From contig CAZCRI010000004.1 in assembly GCA_964501135.1 (NCBI GenBank), positions 47,238 to 111,237 of the forward strand: a stretch of 64,000 nucleotides of DNA, read 5' to 3'. A program made the position numbers and the translations under genes. This DNA comes from an uncultured Candidatus Saccharibacteria bacterium (GTDB lineage: Bacteria > Patescibacteriota > CPR2 > UBA1875 > CAIMLA01). A model generated the notes under the pieces. The model ran no database searches, was not told the DNA's origin, and was given only the letters and a program-made list of their open reading frames with translations. Positions 54,924-64,000 of the stretch are shown piece by piece (positions within the stretch are counted from its first letter, which is position 1; each line of letters begins with the position of its first letter).

Positions 54924-56131
54924 TGGCAACTTATAATTATTGCGCGAGAGACAAAAACGGTAGAATTGTTAACGGTTGTGTCGACAAGCAGAATCGAGAA
55001 GACGCTGCTACCTCCCTAATTGACCAAGGATTAACCCCAATCAACATTTCTGCAGGAGTTGAGGAGAATCCCCTACTCAGGCTTGCGAACTTTACTACCA
55101 TCTCGCTAGCAGAAAAAGTATTATTCTCACAAGAGCTCGCTACTCTCGTAAATGCTGGCGTGCCCATCTCGCAGTCCCTTGCAATGCTCGAAAAACAAAC
55201 TAAAAACAAACGTTTCAAGAAGATCATCGGAGAACTTGCCAAAGACGTCGACGGCGGAATTACTCTAGCCACAGCCCTGGGCAAACATCCAAATGTTTTC
55301 TCTCCCCTCTTTATCAGCATGGTAAATAGTGGCGAAATCGGAGGCTCACTGGACAAGGCGCTTGATGAGCTTGCAATCCAGATGACCAAAGATCGCGAAT
55401 TAATCTCAAAGATTCGTGGTGCCATGATCTACCCAACGGTAATCTTTATCGGTATGGTAGGAGCACTTATTTTTATGCTTGTGACTATTATCCCTAAGCT
55501 TCAAGATATGTTTGACCAGCTAGGCGGTGACCTCCCTGCAAGTACAAAATCGTTAATCTTTTTATCTAAAGCCTTTACTAACTATGGCATTATTACCTTT
55601 TCGCTACTTGCGGCCGTCGTCTTTGGTTTCCGCTATGCATTGAAGAATTTTGATAATTTCCGTAAATTTATGCATACTCTACAACTAAAAATCCCTGTCA
55701 TCGGAACTCTTACCATTAAGCTCAATGTTGCCCGAATTTGCCGCACCCTGAGCTCCTTACTCACCAGTGGGGTTAGCGTTGTAGAGGCGCTCCAGATAAT
55801 CGGTAACTCCACTCAAAATATGCTTTTCAAGGATGCAATCTTAAAAACCGCGGAAAAGGTAGGAAATGGTAGTGGCATCGCAGACAATCTAAAGACCTTC
55901 AAGATATTCCCTCCTCTAGTACCTCAGATGATTTCGGTTGGTGAAGAAACTGGCTCCACAGATGTAATCCTTGGTAAAATTGCCGACTTCTATGACAGCG
56001 AGGTAGACAATATCACCAAGAATCTCTCGACACTACTGGAACCAATGATCATGATTCTGATTGGACTGATGGTGGGATATGTAATTATTTCGATAATTAC
56101 ACCGATCTACTCGATGACCAATATGATATAA
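54923..56131 (+). CDS. pilC: Type IV pilus inner-membrane platform protein PilC (GspF family)
   Basis: 402 aa; two GspF repeats, 3-4 TM; ATG overlaps the pilB stop. Confidence 0.9.
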   Translation: MATYNYCARDKNGRIVNGCVDKQNREDAATSLIDQGLTPINISAGVEENPLLRLANFTTISLAEKVLFSQELATLVNAGVPISQSLAMLEKQTKNKRFKKIIGELAKDVDGGITLATALGKHPNVFSPLFISMVNSGEIGGSLDKALDELAIQMTKDRELISKIRGAMIYPTVIFIGMVGALIFMLVTIIPKLQDMFDQLGGDLPASTKSLIFLSKAFTNYGIITFSLLAAVVFGFRYALKNFDNFRKFMHTLQLKIPVIGTLTIKLNVARICRTLSSLLTSGVSVVEALQIIGNSTQNMLFKDAILKTAEKVGNGSGIADNLKTFKIFPPLVPQMISVGEETGSTDVILGKIADFYDSEVDNITKNLSTLLEPMIMILIGLMVGYVIISIITPIYSMTNMI

Positions 56132-56136
56132 AGTGC

Positions 56137-56165
56137 TTGTTTCTCCGTCTAGCGACGGATATAAT
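56137..56165 (+). promoter_or_regulatory. Sigma70-like promoter for the major pilin gene (TTGTTT - 17 bp - TATAAT), with palindrome CCGTCTAGCGACGG in the spacer; strong RBS AGGAGGGAGGTG follows
   Basis: Read directly. Confidence 0.5.
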
Positions 56166-56197
56166 CAAGATAAATTCACAAGGAGGGAGGTGAAAAA

Positions 56198-56617
56198 ATG
56201 TTAAACGCAAAAAAAGGGTTTACTCTTATTGAGTTATTGATCGTTATCGTGATCATCGGAATCCTCGCTGGAATCGTTGTTGGTATCGTTGGTACTAGCG
56301 CAAACGCCAAAGCTAAGGACGCAAAGCTAAAGGCAAACGTACACGAAGTACAAAACGCACTTGAGCAATACTACATCGATAACGGTACTTATCCAACTGA
56401 TGTGGCCACCTGGGCAACAGCTCTAGTGCCAGCAATAGGTACCAAATACCTCACTAGCACCGATGTAACCACAGGAATGAACTATACATACGACGCAACA
56501 GCCGGTAGTTACGTTCTTAGCGTCGTTCTAAACAACAACGCCGAGAAGGTAGAAGGCAACGTGCGTGCAGGTAGCGGACAGACCAAGGAATTCTTCGTTA
56601 CTTCAAAACAGCAATAA
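56198..56617 (+). CDS. pilA: Type IV major pilin (class III signal peptide)
   Basis: 139 aa; prepilin cleavage/methylation motif KKGFTLIELLIVIVIIGILAGIVV. Confidence 0.9.
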   Translation: MLNAKKGFTLIELLIVIVIIGILAGIVVGIVGTSANAKAKDAKLKANVHEVQNALEQYYIDNGTYPTDVATWATALVPAIGTKYLTSTDVTTGMNYTYDATAGSYVLSVVLNNNAEKVEGNVRAGSGQTKEFFVTSKQQ

Positions 56618-56642
56618 TACGTGTGTCATGACACAATCAAAA

Positions 56643-56665
56643 GAACCGGCTAGCCCGGTTCTTTT
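56643..56665 (+). terminator. Rho-independent terminator after the pilin gene (GAACCGG-ctagc-CCGGTTC-TTTT), preceded by a 14-bp perfect palindrome tgtgtcatgacaca (56620..56633)
   Basis: Read directly. Confidence 0.75.
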
Positions 56666-56695
56666 GATTTTTAGCTTAAATCCTAGACCGCGATA

Positions 56696-57097
56696 ATGTA
56701 TACTAAAGGCACCATGGAGGGTAGACGAAAACACGGCTTTAGCTATATAGAGATACTTCTTGCTGTCACAATTTCAGCAATTATTTTTACAGCTGTTTTC
56801 CCCCTTCTTTTTAGCTCAGTCGAGAAGAATCGTGACACCAGGCTAAGGCTAGTGGCCTATGAAGCAGCTAGCAATCAAATAGAAGAACTTCGTACTCGGA
56901 AAATATCATCACTTCTTGCTCCTTCGCACACTCCTTTTGACGTTCCAGAAATCCCGGGCTCTGCCGGAGATGTCTACGTCCAAAAAAATCTTGGTGACAA
57001 CAAAATTGCCTCAGTACTGATTACCGTAAACTGGAGTTTCAAGGGCAGATTGCAGAAAGTTGAGCTCACCAGCTATCTCTATGGGAGCACTGAATGA
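56696..57097 (+). CDS. Minor pilin / pseudopilin (prepilin-type N-terminus)
   Basis: 133 aa; GFSYIEILLAVTISAIIF. Confidence 0.75.
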   Translation: MYTKGTMEGRRKHGFSYIEILLAVTISAIIFTAVFPLLFSSVEKNRDTRLRLVAYEAASNQIEELRTRKISSLLAPSHTPFDVPEIPGSAGDVYVQKNLGDNKIASVLITVNWSFKGRLQKVELTSYLYGSTE

Positions 57098-57657
57098 TGA
57101 AAAAACGCGGTTTTACTTTAATCGAGATGCTTATAACCATGACCCTGGTCGTAGTGCTCTCAGCGGTAATTTCCAGCTTGTATATAACTGGTTTTAGAAC
57201 TTTTAAGGAACAGATGGCAATCGCGACTATCCAGTCTGATGGTCAAACCATCCTCGATACCATGACTACTGACATAAAAAATGGGCTATCAATCGAACCT
57301 ACCTACTTAACTTATGTGACCGATGCTAGTAGTATTATTATTCGTGTTCCGGCAGTTGATAGCCAGGGCAAAATCTTGTACTCAGGAACTAATATGCTCG
57401 TGGATCACATCATTTACTACTACCAAGATAAATCAATTCACAAGGTTGTCTACGCCGACCCTGCGAGTGTGCGTTATGCTAAGAATAATATCGATAGCGT
57501 TCTGGACAATAAAATTCTGATTCTTGGCTTTACCTACAGTCCAGATACAACTTCGGCGACACTGGTAACAGTTAACATCTCTTCCGAAATTAAAGTTGGC
57601 ACTAGAAGCGAACAAATACAGCTTACTGGTAAGGCGAGACTAAGGAATCACATATGA
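57094..57657 (+). CDS. Minor pilin (prepilin-type N-terminal cleavage/methylation domain)
   Basis: 187 aa; KRGFTLIEMLITMTLVVVL. Confidence 0.75.
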   Translation: MMKKRGFTLIEMLITMTLVVVLSAVISSLYITGFRTFKEQMAIATIQSDGQTILDTMTTDIKNGLSIEPTYLTYVTDASSIIIRVPAVDSQGKILYSGTNMLVDHIIYYYQDKSIHKVVYADPASVRYAKNNIDSVLDNKILILGFTYSPDTTSATLVTVNISSEIKVGTRSEQIQLTGKARLRNHI

Positions 57658-58976
57658 AACATCAAGGAAATGTACTTTTGGGAATAATGCTCCTTCTCAC
57701 AGGACTCATGACTGTAGCTATAGCCCTGAGCTCTGCAGTACTCTCCACTTCTATTAAAATTCAGCGACAATATAAGAGCCTTCGTGCTCTTACCATCTCA
57801 GAAGCTGGATTGAATAAAGGCCTCTGGAAGGTAAATGTTCCCGATCTTACCTACGGGACAGCCCCGGGTGGCATCCTAGAAACAGACCTGACAGGTGGAG
57901 AATATCGCGTAGAAATTAGCGATTGCCCAGCGCCTGAAACAAACTGTAAATACATCAAATCCACCGGCTATGTGCCGACTTATGCCAATCCAGAAGCCAC
58001 TCGAGTGGTTCGGGTAAAGATAAACAAAGCTACCAGCACGAGCAATGTTTCTTTTAAGTTCGGGGTTCAGGTAGACAACTTTGGAACCTACATCTCAAAC
58101 AATGCAAAAATCAACGGTAGTGTTTTCTCTAGTGGCCCTGTCCAGATGAGCAATAACTCACAGATTACCGGTAATGTCATAAGCTACGGTAAAACCATCT
58201 TTACTAGCTGGATTTATGGCAGCGGCAAGATAATCGGTGATGCCAAGGCGTGGCTCATCTCTGGGGTCAATGTAACTGGAACAAAGACACAAGGCAGTTA
58301 CCCACCAGACCAAGATATGCCGATAAAAACAGCCGAGTTAAATACGACTATCGACGCATGGGAGACAGAGGCTGCCAACGGCTCGGTTCATATCGGTAAC
58401 CTCACCACTACCGGCTCTTCGAACAAGTTGGGCCCCATAAAAATTGATGGCAACTGGACGATTAGCAACAATGCTGAGGTAGAAATAATGGGAACCATCT
58501 GGGTTACCGGCAACATCACCGTTGGTAACAACGCCAAAATATTCCTTACTCCTAGCTACGGAAACAGCAGCGGAATCATCATTGCTGATCATAAGACAGA
58601 TCGAAGTGACTCTAACTTTGGGACAATAACGGTCCGACAAGGATCAAAAATTAGTGGTATAGACAAAAATAACCCCAAAACGCCAAGCTACATTATGATG
58701 TTCTCCACGGAATCACCACCAAACCCCTGGGATTGGCTTCTCCAATTCTTTGTTCATGCCATCACTATCGAACAAGGCTCTGTAGGTGGCGTTTTCTATG
58801 CACCCTTTGGATCACTCCACCTACAACAGAATGCCCAAGCTAGAGCGATAGCAACAGCTGGCTTACTCATAGACCAAAACGCCATAGTCGACTATGACGG
58901 AGGACTAGCAAACAGCAGTTTCGCTGGCGGCCCTGCTGGTCCTTGGACAATAACCGAGTGGCTAATTTTAGACTAA
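57654..58976 (+). CDS. Large PilX-like minor pilin / putative tip-associated protein
   Basis: 440 aa; N-terminal hydrophobic helix LLGIMLLLTGLMTVAIALSSAVL, Gly/Asn/Thr-rich beta-rich domain; translationally coupled to the upstream pilins. Confidence 0.5.
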   Translation: MKHQGNVLLGIMLLLTGLMTVAIALSSAVLSTSIKIQRQYKSLRALTISEAGLNKGLWKVNVPDLTYGTAPGGILETDLTGGEYRVEISDCPAPETNCKYIKSTGYVPTYANPEATRVVRVKINKATSTSNVSFKFGVQVDNFGTYISNNAKINGSVFSSGPVQMSNNSQITGNVISYGKTIFTSWIYGSGKIIGDAKAWLISGVNVTGTKTQGSYPPDQDMPIKTAELNTTIDAWETEAANGSVHIGNLTTTGSSNKLGPIKIDGNWTISNNAEVEIMGTIWVTGNITVGNNAKIFLTPSYGNSSGIIIADHKTDRSDSNFGTITVRQGSKISGIDKNNPKTPSYIMMFSTESPPNPWDWLLQFFVHAITIEQGSVGGVFYAPFGSLHLQQNAQARAIATAGLLIDQNAIVDYDGGLANSSFAGGPAGPWTITEWLILD

Positions 58977-58985
58977 AGAAAACTG

Positions 58986-59258
58986 CTAGTTAACAAACGG
59001 GTTTCTGCTTGCTGAGCTCCCGCTACTCGCAGGTGGCGTTGTTAGACTCTTCAAAAGACGACTATTGAAGTTTATATTTAGCTCATTCAACTTTTGTTCA
59101 CCAGCCGCTACAGTAGAATCATCATCTCGTGGTGCTAGGGCCAGATAGGTCAATACCGAGAATGTAATTACAAAGATAATCACACAAAGTGTTGGAAGTA
59201 AACGAAGTGTACTCTCTTTGATAGCTATCATTTTAGGGCTGTTGAAATCTATCTTCAT
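58986..59258 (-). CDS. Small hypothetical membrane protein at the end of the pilMNO operon
   Basis: 90 aa; single TM LLPTLCVIIFVITFSVLTYLAL. Confidence 0.35.
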   Translation of the reverse strand: MKIDFNSPKMIAIKESTLRLLPTLCVIIFVITFSVLTYLALAPRDDDSTVAAGEQKLNELNINFNSRLLKSLTTPPASSGSSASRNPFVN

Positions 59259-59259
59259 C

Positions 59260-59838
59260 TTACTTCTTTACGTAAATGGTTAAAATAAACGTTGCTCGTA
59301 CTTTACCTAGAGCTGCCTTATCGGTGACATCAGCGGTAACTTCGAGGTCGGAAACCGACATTAGCCTCGGCTGGACATCCACGTCGGCTAACAGTTTCGT
59401 AAGGTTAGCGTAATCCCCGGTCATCTCATACTTGATTGGCAGCTCGTAATAATCATTTTTGTTAACCGTTTGGGAAAAATCACTGCCCGTCTTGGATTTG
59501 GCCTTTACATCACCGACATTTGTATTGGAAATTGTCATGCCGTCTGCCTTGGCAAGGCTTTCGAAATCCTTAAGAGCAGTAGAAGTCTCCTTGGTTTTTG
59601 GAATTGCCGAGTAAACAACCTGTTTTTGATTGAGTACCTTGGCCAAAGTTAGCTTTAAATCACTCAGTTTACTTGCTTCCTGTAGGTAGTTATCGGCCTC
59701 AGTTTCCAATCGATTTCCCTCCGAGCTAATACCGATGATGTAATACCAGCCATAGGCAAAAGCGCCCAGCGAAACCAAAAGCACTGCAATCAGCGCAACT
59801 AGCAAGTCTCTATTTACAGCCCTGGCTCGACTTTTCAT
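59260..59838 (-). CDS. pilO: PilO-like type IV pilus assembly protein
   Basis: 192 aa; N-terminal TM plus coiled-coil, periplasmic domain; position after pilN. Confidence 0.55.
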   Translation of the reverse strand: MKSRARAVNRDLLVALIAVLLVSLGAFAYGWYYIIGISSEGNRLETEADNYLQEASKLSDLKLTLAKVLNQKQVVYSAIPKTKETSTALKDFESLAKADGMTISNTNVGDVKAKSKTGSDFSQTVNKNDYYELPIKYEMTGDYANLTKLLADVDVQPRLMSVSDLEVTADVTDKAALGKVRATFILTIYVKK

Positions 59839-60407
59839 TTCTTCTTCGCCTCCGCTACCTTAAAACTCGCTGTGATTCGAAAAGTTACGCCGGCTCTCGA
59901 ATTATCTACGGGATCAGTACCGGCCGTGACCGACTCTACATCAACAAATTGGAAAATTGTAGTTTTCGATAGCTGTTCGCGATATATCCCAACATCTGCT
60001 GCAGAGTTCGCAAAACCATTTATTGCAATACGATCTGTATTAATGTCCGTAAAATTAAAACCAATTAAGCGAACTCCAGATGGAGTGCTATTTCCGACTT
60101 CAGTGAAAATCTTATTCCAATTCAATTTATCCTTGCGGATTTTATCTATCAGGTTTAATCTGGCGTAAAAATCCTTGGCGTCTATCTCTACCTGAGACAT
60201 CTTGGCGAGCTGTGTCGCCGCATCCTGCCTGATTTCACTGGCAACTATCTTGTTGTTCCAAACGATAAAACCGATTACGAACATCAGGGCAAAAATACCA
60301 GAAATTACAGCCAATGAACGCACTAAGTACTGATAATAATTCGCGTTCTTGTGCGAATACTCAATCTCCTCCTTAATCTCTGGCGGCAACAGATTTAATC
60401 TAATCAT
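59835..60407 (-). CDS. pilN: PilN-like type IV pilus assembly protein
   Basis: 190 aa; MIRLNLLPPEIKEE N-terminus typical of PilN, single TM. Confidence 0.7.
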   Translation of the reverse strand: MIRLNLLPPEIKEEIEYSHKNANYYQYLVRSLAVISGIFALMFVIGFIVWNNKIVASEIRQDAATQLAKMSQVEIDAKDFYARLNLIDKIRKDKLNWNKIFTEVGNSTPSGVRLIGFNFTDINTDRIAINGFANSAADVGIYREQLSKTTIFQFVDVESVTAGTDPVDNSRAGVTFRITASFKVAEAKKK

Positions 60408-61482
60408 CCTGCACCCCCAGCATTGCTAGTCCGATAGCATTGATGTAAGTCGGAATCTCTTCTGCGGGAATTTCGCAATTTTTGGTAAAAACAAGGTTCT
60501 CAATACTATTTACGACCTCAGTCGGTATCGCCAGCTTCTCCCCAAGCACCTCTGAAAGCGAAGGCAAACTAGCACTACCACCGCAAAGCAAAACCCTGGT
60601 AATCTTGATCTTTTGACGGCTCTTCTCTTCGTAGTAATTAATCATGCTGGTGGCCTCTTTGGCAATTTCGCTTACCGACCCTTCAAGGGCTTGCTTGGTC
60701 TTTGCTATCTCTGATGTAGCCTTTTGCCTCTTAATCTTCTCGGCGTCAATCTCGCTGACCCCGAGGGCCTGCGCAATTCTATAAGTTAGCTGCTCACCAC
60801 CAATAAGTGTACTGCCCGTGACGCGAATTGCGTTATCGAAAATGGCAAGATTCGTGGTTTGACCACCGATGTCGATGATAAGAGCCGCCTCCTTGGCTTT
60901 TCCCTTAGCGCCGATTGCTCTAATTATTGCGGTTAGACTAGTTTCGATACCGGTTATCTCTAGCCCCAACAAAGAGTACAGCTGAACATATGAATTCACA
61001 ATCGCTTTTGGTGCCGCTGCATAGAGGACTTCGTCTAACTTAGGATCCTCATGAGATGGTCCTATAAGCTGCCAATCCAGATAAAGGTCCGACATAGCCA
61101 TGGGAATAGTTTGACTCGCTTCCCAGCTGACTGCCTCGTCTATCTTTTTATCTCCTGTACGAGGTAAGGATATGGTGCGAGTAAATATTTTGGATTCAGG
61201 TAAAGATGCATAGACCCGTTTTGCGGTAATCTTCCCCTTAATCTCTTTTTGCATAAAGTTCTTTGTGAGTTCCGCTAACTTTTCTGATTCGGCAACTATT
61301 CCTTCGATAATAAAGTTTTCTGGAACCGCCATCTGGCCAAAACCAACTACCGTAATCTTCTTCCCCATTCTACGCAGCTGTACACACTTAAGAGAACGGG
61401 TACCAATATCGATACCTACCACATCTTTGTGCTTCCAAATCGGATCTACTTTTAGATCAAAACCCTCCAAGAACCCCTCCAT
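60400..61482 (-). CDS. pilM: Type IV pilus assembly protein PilM (actin-like ATPase fold)
   Basis: 360 aa; VVGIDIGTRSLKCVQL, IIDIGGQTTNLAI, CGGGASL motifs. Confidence 0.85.
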   Translation of the reverse strand: MEGFLEGFDLKVDPIWKHKDVVGIDIGTRSLKCVQLRRMGKKITVVGFGQMAVPENFIIEGIVAESEKLAELTKNFMQKEIKGKITAKRVYASLPESKIFTRTISLPRTGDKKIDEAVSWEASQTIPMAMSDLYLDWQLIGPSHEDPKLDEVLYAAAPKAIVNSYVQLYSLLGLEITGIETSLTAIIRAIGAKGKAKEAALIIDIGGQTTNLAIFDNAIRVTGSTLIGGEQLTYRIAQALGVSEIDAEKIKRQKATSEIAKTKQALEGSVSEIAKEATSMINYYEEKSRQKIKITRVLLCGGSASLPSLSEVLGEKLAIPTEVVNSIENLVFTKNCEIPAEEIPTYINAIGLAMLGVQDD

Positions 61483-61489
61483 TTCGCCA

Positions 61490-62179
61490 CTATGCTGGTG
61501 GCTGTTGACCTTCGTTCCCGCTAGGCGGGTACTCTATCTCTGGTGAACCATAATTACTGTTTGCAGCAGCTGCGGCTGAGACATTGGTAACGCTACTGAC
61601 CACATTAGCATTGCGATTTATACCGTCTCCTTTGAGCCCCATACGTTCACAATACTCCTCCTCTATCTGCATTACCTTTTGTGCGATTCCATTTGGATCG
61701 GGTACAAGCTCAATATTGAAGTTGGGCATGTCTCCAGCAGTTTGGATATCTACAGTACCAAGGTTAAACATCGTATTCACCATTCCCTTTTGATCAGCAG
61801 ACACGTCCTGTATCTTATCAAGTGATAACTGCGAAACTTTTCTCGAAAACAAACCGCTCTGTGCTATTTCCACAAAATGATCATCGGTCAGAATCGCCAC
61901 ATGAAGATAATGCAGAGTCCAGTTGTGAAAGAGAAAAGCTGTATTAAAAAAGAAAAGTAAACTTACCATCAAGATATAGACATTATAGGCAAATCCCGTC
62001 ACTAGGGCCGGTATCAAATAAGGAACAACGAATATCAACAATAGCCCGAGTAAATATAGCAAAGAGGCAGTGACCACAAAAGGCAGTATAGCCAAGAAAT
62101 GTCTACGAACCAAAAGAACTACTTTCTCGTCAGGTAGCTGTGATTCAAAGTACTTCTGAAAATGTGTAGTCTCTTCCAC
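61490..62179 (-). CDS. Membrane protein with bacterial PH-like (bPH_2/YdbS-like) domain
   Basis: 229 aa; two TM helices then bPH-like region; Q/G-rich tail. Confidence 0.45.
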   Translation of the reverse strand: MEETTHFQKYFESQLPDEKVVLLVRRHFLAILPFVVTASLLYLLGLLLIFVVPYLIPALVTGFAYNVYILMVSLLFFFNTAFLFHNWTLHYLHVAILTDDHFVEIAQSGLFSRKVSQLSLDKIQDVSADQKGMVNTMFNLGTVDIQTAGDMPNFNIELVPDPNGIAQKVMQIEEEYCERMGLKGDGINRNANVVSSVTNVSAAAAANSNYGSPEIEYPPSGNEGQQPPA

Positions 62180-62406
62180 TAAGCCCCCATTGATTTAAAG
62201 AAATCAGGAACCGTTACCCAGTCCGCACCGACAATTGTTATTAGCGATACGACTAGGAATACCCCGCAGGCTGCCCAATAAATACCAAGTCGGAGCAAAC
62301 CAATGTTATCTGGATATCGATATTTTAAAAGAATATAGGTAATAACTGCCGACCAAGATAGCCATACAATCATAAGGAGTACGTATAAAAGTAGAAATAT
62401 CGCCAT
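62179..62406 (-). CDS. Small hypothetical membrane protein
   Basis: 75 aa; two hydrophobic helices. Confidence 0.4.
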   Translation of the reverse strand: MAIFLLLYVLLMIVWLSWSAVITYILLKYRYPDNIGLLRLGIYWAACGVFLVVSLITIVGADWVTVPDFFKSMGA

Positions 62407-62444
62407 ATGTTAAGTATAAAGGATAAAGTCAAAAGTAAAAAGAA

Positions 62445-62981
62445 CTATTGGCTTTTATTGCGTTCTTGCAAAGAGAAAGAGCAGCCACAATATTTCTGTC
62501 TATACAGCTCCATCTGTTTCGCTTCGTTCTGACCTTCACGAAAGTAGGGTCGCCAGTCGGTGTAATGGAATTCTACTCCATACTCCTTGGCGACTTCGGA
62601 TGCAATTATTTTTAGTTCTTCATGTTGCTGATACGGACTCACAAAAAGAGTGGTCGATATAGCATCATACCCATTCTCTTTGGCGTATTTGGCAGCACCT
62701 TCCAGCCTTAAACGATAGCAATGTAAACATCGCCGTGGAAAGATAGTGTCTTTCGCTACTGCTGCGCTATATAATTCCGGTTCATAATCTGCCTCAACTA
62801 ACGCGAGCCCTCTCTCTTTTGCTGCAATCCGTAAGGAGTCTCGCCGTTTTGTAAATTCAGTTTCCGGGTAGATATTAGAGTTATCGTAATAAAGGGTCGT
62901 CTCAATTTCTTTGTGGCTACCAAGCTCTTCCCAGACACCTAGAAAACACGGCCCACAACAAGCATGAAGAAGAAGCTTCAT
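62445..62981 (-). CDS. queH: Epoxyqueuosine reductase QueH (DUF208)
   Basis: 178 aa; LLLHACCGPC motif and CxxC...C cluster characteristic of QueH. Confidence 0.75.
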   Translation of the reverse strand: MKLLLHACCGPCFLGVWEELGSHKEIETTLYYDNSNIYPETEFTKRRDSLRIAAKERGLALVEADYEPELYSAAVAKDTIFPRRCLHCYRLRLEGAAKYAKENGYDAISTTLFVSPYQQHEELKIIASEVAKEYGVEFHYTDWRPYFREGQNEAKQMELYRQKYCGCSFSLQERNKSQ

Positions 62982-63448
62982 GAAATCGATTCTCGCCAGT
63001 CGAATTCTGAGATAAACTCACCTTCTCGATACTTTTGTAGTGCGGACAAAACATCTATCTCAAGATTATGCGGTAGTGCTTCCCAGCTGTACCATGTTAA
63101 TTCAGAAGAAAATTCAGGCTCAAGATTCTCTGGAACGCCGTCCCAAGAAGTAGCCCGAAGATAATAACAGATATATTCCCTTTCACTACCAATTTGGTGC
63201 GCAATGTGAACAACTTGTAAGTCTTCCGGGTAAACTTCAATCCCGGCCTCTTCTCTTGCTTCTCGAATTACCTCCTGTTTAATCGTCAGATTGCCATCAA
63301 TGTGCCCTGTAACCAGACTATACTCTCCATCGTGCCAGCCCGTATTTTGCCGTTTTTGGAGCAATATTTCGCCGTTCTTCTCTAGTAAGAGGTAGACGGC
63401 TCCGTAGAGGCGAAAACGGTTCTCTTTTTGCTTTATGCTAACTCTCAA
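62978..63448 (-). CDS. NUDIX hydrolase
   Basis: 156 aa; Nudix box [25 protein letters not shown]. Confidence 0.85.
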   Translation of the reverse strand: MRVSIKQKENRFRLYGAVYLLLEKNGEILLQKRQNTGWHDGEYSLVTGHIDGNLTIKQEVIREAREEAGIEVYPEDLQVVHIAHQIGSEREYICYYLRATSWDGVPENLEPEFSSELTWYSWEALPHNLEIDVLSALQKYREGEFISEFDWRESIS

Positions 63449-64000
63449 AGTAGACTATCCTGTTCGGAGTTTAACGGATTGAAGCCAAGGTGACGGAATG
63501 CTGCAGCCGTGACCTTTCGACCCCGTGGGGTTCGTTCTAGAAAACCAATCTGGATTAGATATGGCTCGTAGACATCCTCGATAGTCTCTATCTCCTCACT
63601 TGTTGCAGCTGCCAAAGTGGAAAGTCCCACTGGACCACCCTTGAACTTCTCAATAATTGTAGCGAGCAGCTTGCGATCTGTGTTATCCAAACCAAACTCA
63701 TCAACCTCGAGCATATCCAAGGCTTTATTTGCAATATCCTGGTCGATAACACCTCTTGCCTTCACCTGAGCAAAATCACGAACTCTCTTGAGCAATCTAT
63801 TGGCAATACGCGGCGTTTTGCGCGCCCGCTTGGAGATCTCCCCTGCACCATCGTCTGATATCTCGATGCCCAATATTTTCGCCGAGCGGCGGACGATTTT
63901 CTCAATCTCGTCGTCTTCGTAAAATTCGAGCCTATTCACAAGCCCAAATCTATCTCTCAGTGGTGAGCTAATGGAACCCATCCGAGTAGTTGCGCCGATG
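63445..64000 (-). CDS. ruvB: Holliday junction branch migration helicase RuvB (C-terminal part only; N-terminus beyond the window end)
   Basis: [11 protein letters not shown] (sensor 2), C-terminal winged helix; the ORF runs to the window edge. Confidence 0.85.
   Translation of the reverse strand, partial: IGATTRMGSISSPLRDRFGLVNRLEFYEDDEIEKIVRRSAKILGIEISDDGAGEISKRARKTPRIANRLLKRVRDFAQVKARGVIDQDIANKALDMLEVDEFGLDNTDRKLLATIIEKFKGGPVGLSTLAAATSEEIETIEDVYEPYLIQIGFLERTPRGRKVTAAAFRHLGFNPLNSEQDSLL

Noticed and set aside
1-64000. CRISPR arrays, rRNA genes, integrases/transposases, prophage structural genes
   Set aside because: No regularly spaced direct repeats, no rRNA-like conserved stretches, and no recombinase or HUH/DDE signatures were seen in any ORF translation. 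The Cas2-like gene is solitary.

Overview
This window looks like a contiguous piece of a small, low-GC (about 43-47% by spot counts), Gram-positive-like bacterial genome. The gene content makes me infer a Patescibacteria/CPR organism, most plausibly Saccharibacteria (TM7): a near-complete lower glycolysis cluster that uses PEP synthase, a pyruvate:ferredoxin oxidoreductase plus ADP-forming acetyl-CoA synthetase fermentation operon, an RNase Y / YmdB / HU block, a type IV pilus locus (pilB, pilC, pilins, pilM/N/O), 8 tRNA genes, and many ABC exporters. Most of the window is core housekeeping. Three places stand out, and I read all three directly from the sequence.

- **Inverted-repeat-flanked gene (30234..30893).** A 660-bp segment carries a single gene (30286..30864) for a protein with a Cas2-like motif. 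It is bounded by perfect 23-bp inverted repeats. The left repeat folds into a perfect 17-bp hairpin, and the ribosome-binding site of the gene lies inside the right repeat. There are no other cas genes and no CRISPR array.
- **Two high-GC single-gene islands (about 35345..36070 and 48590..49250).** Each is about 55-65% GC in a background of about 45%. Each has its own strong ribosome-binding site and a GC-rich hairpin terminator, and each encodes a protein I cannot assign to a family. They look like foreign cassettes. The second one abuts and may have remodelled the 3' end of tsaB.
- **A lipid-handling operon (22361..30129).** A long-chain acyl-CoA ligase, a serine-palmitoyltransferase-like alpha-oxoamine synthase, a multi-TM GAF histidine kinase and a Ca-type P-type ATPase appear to form one operon.

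I found no CRISPR array, rRNA, integrase or transposase.
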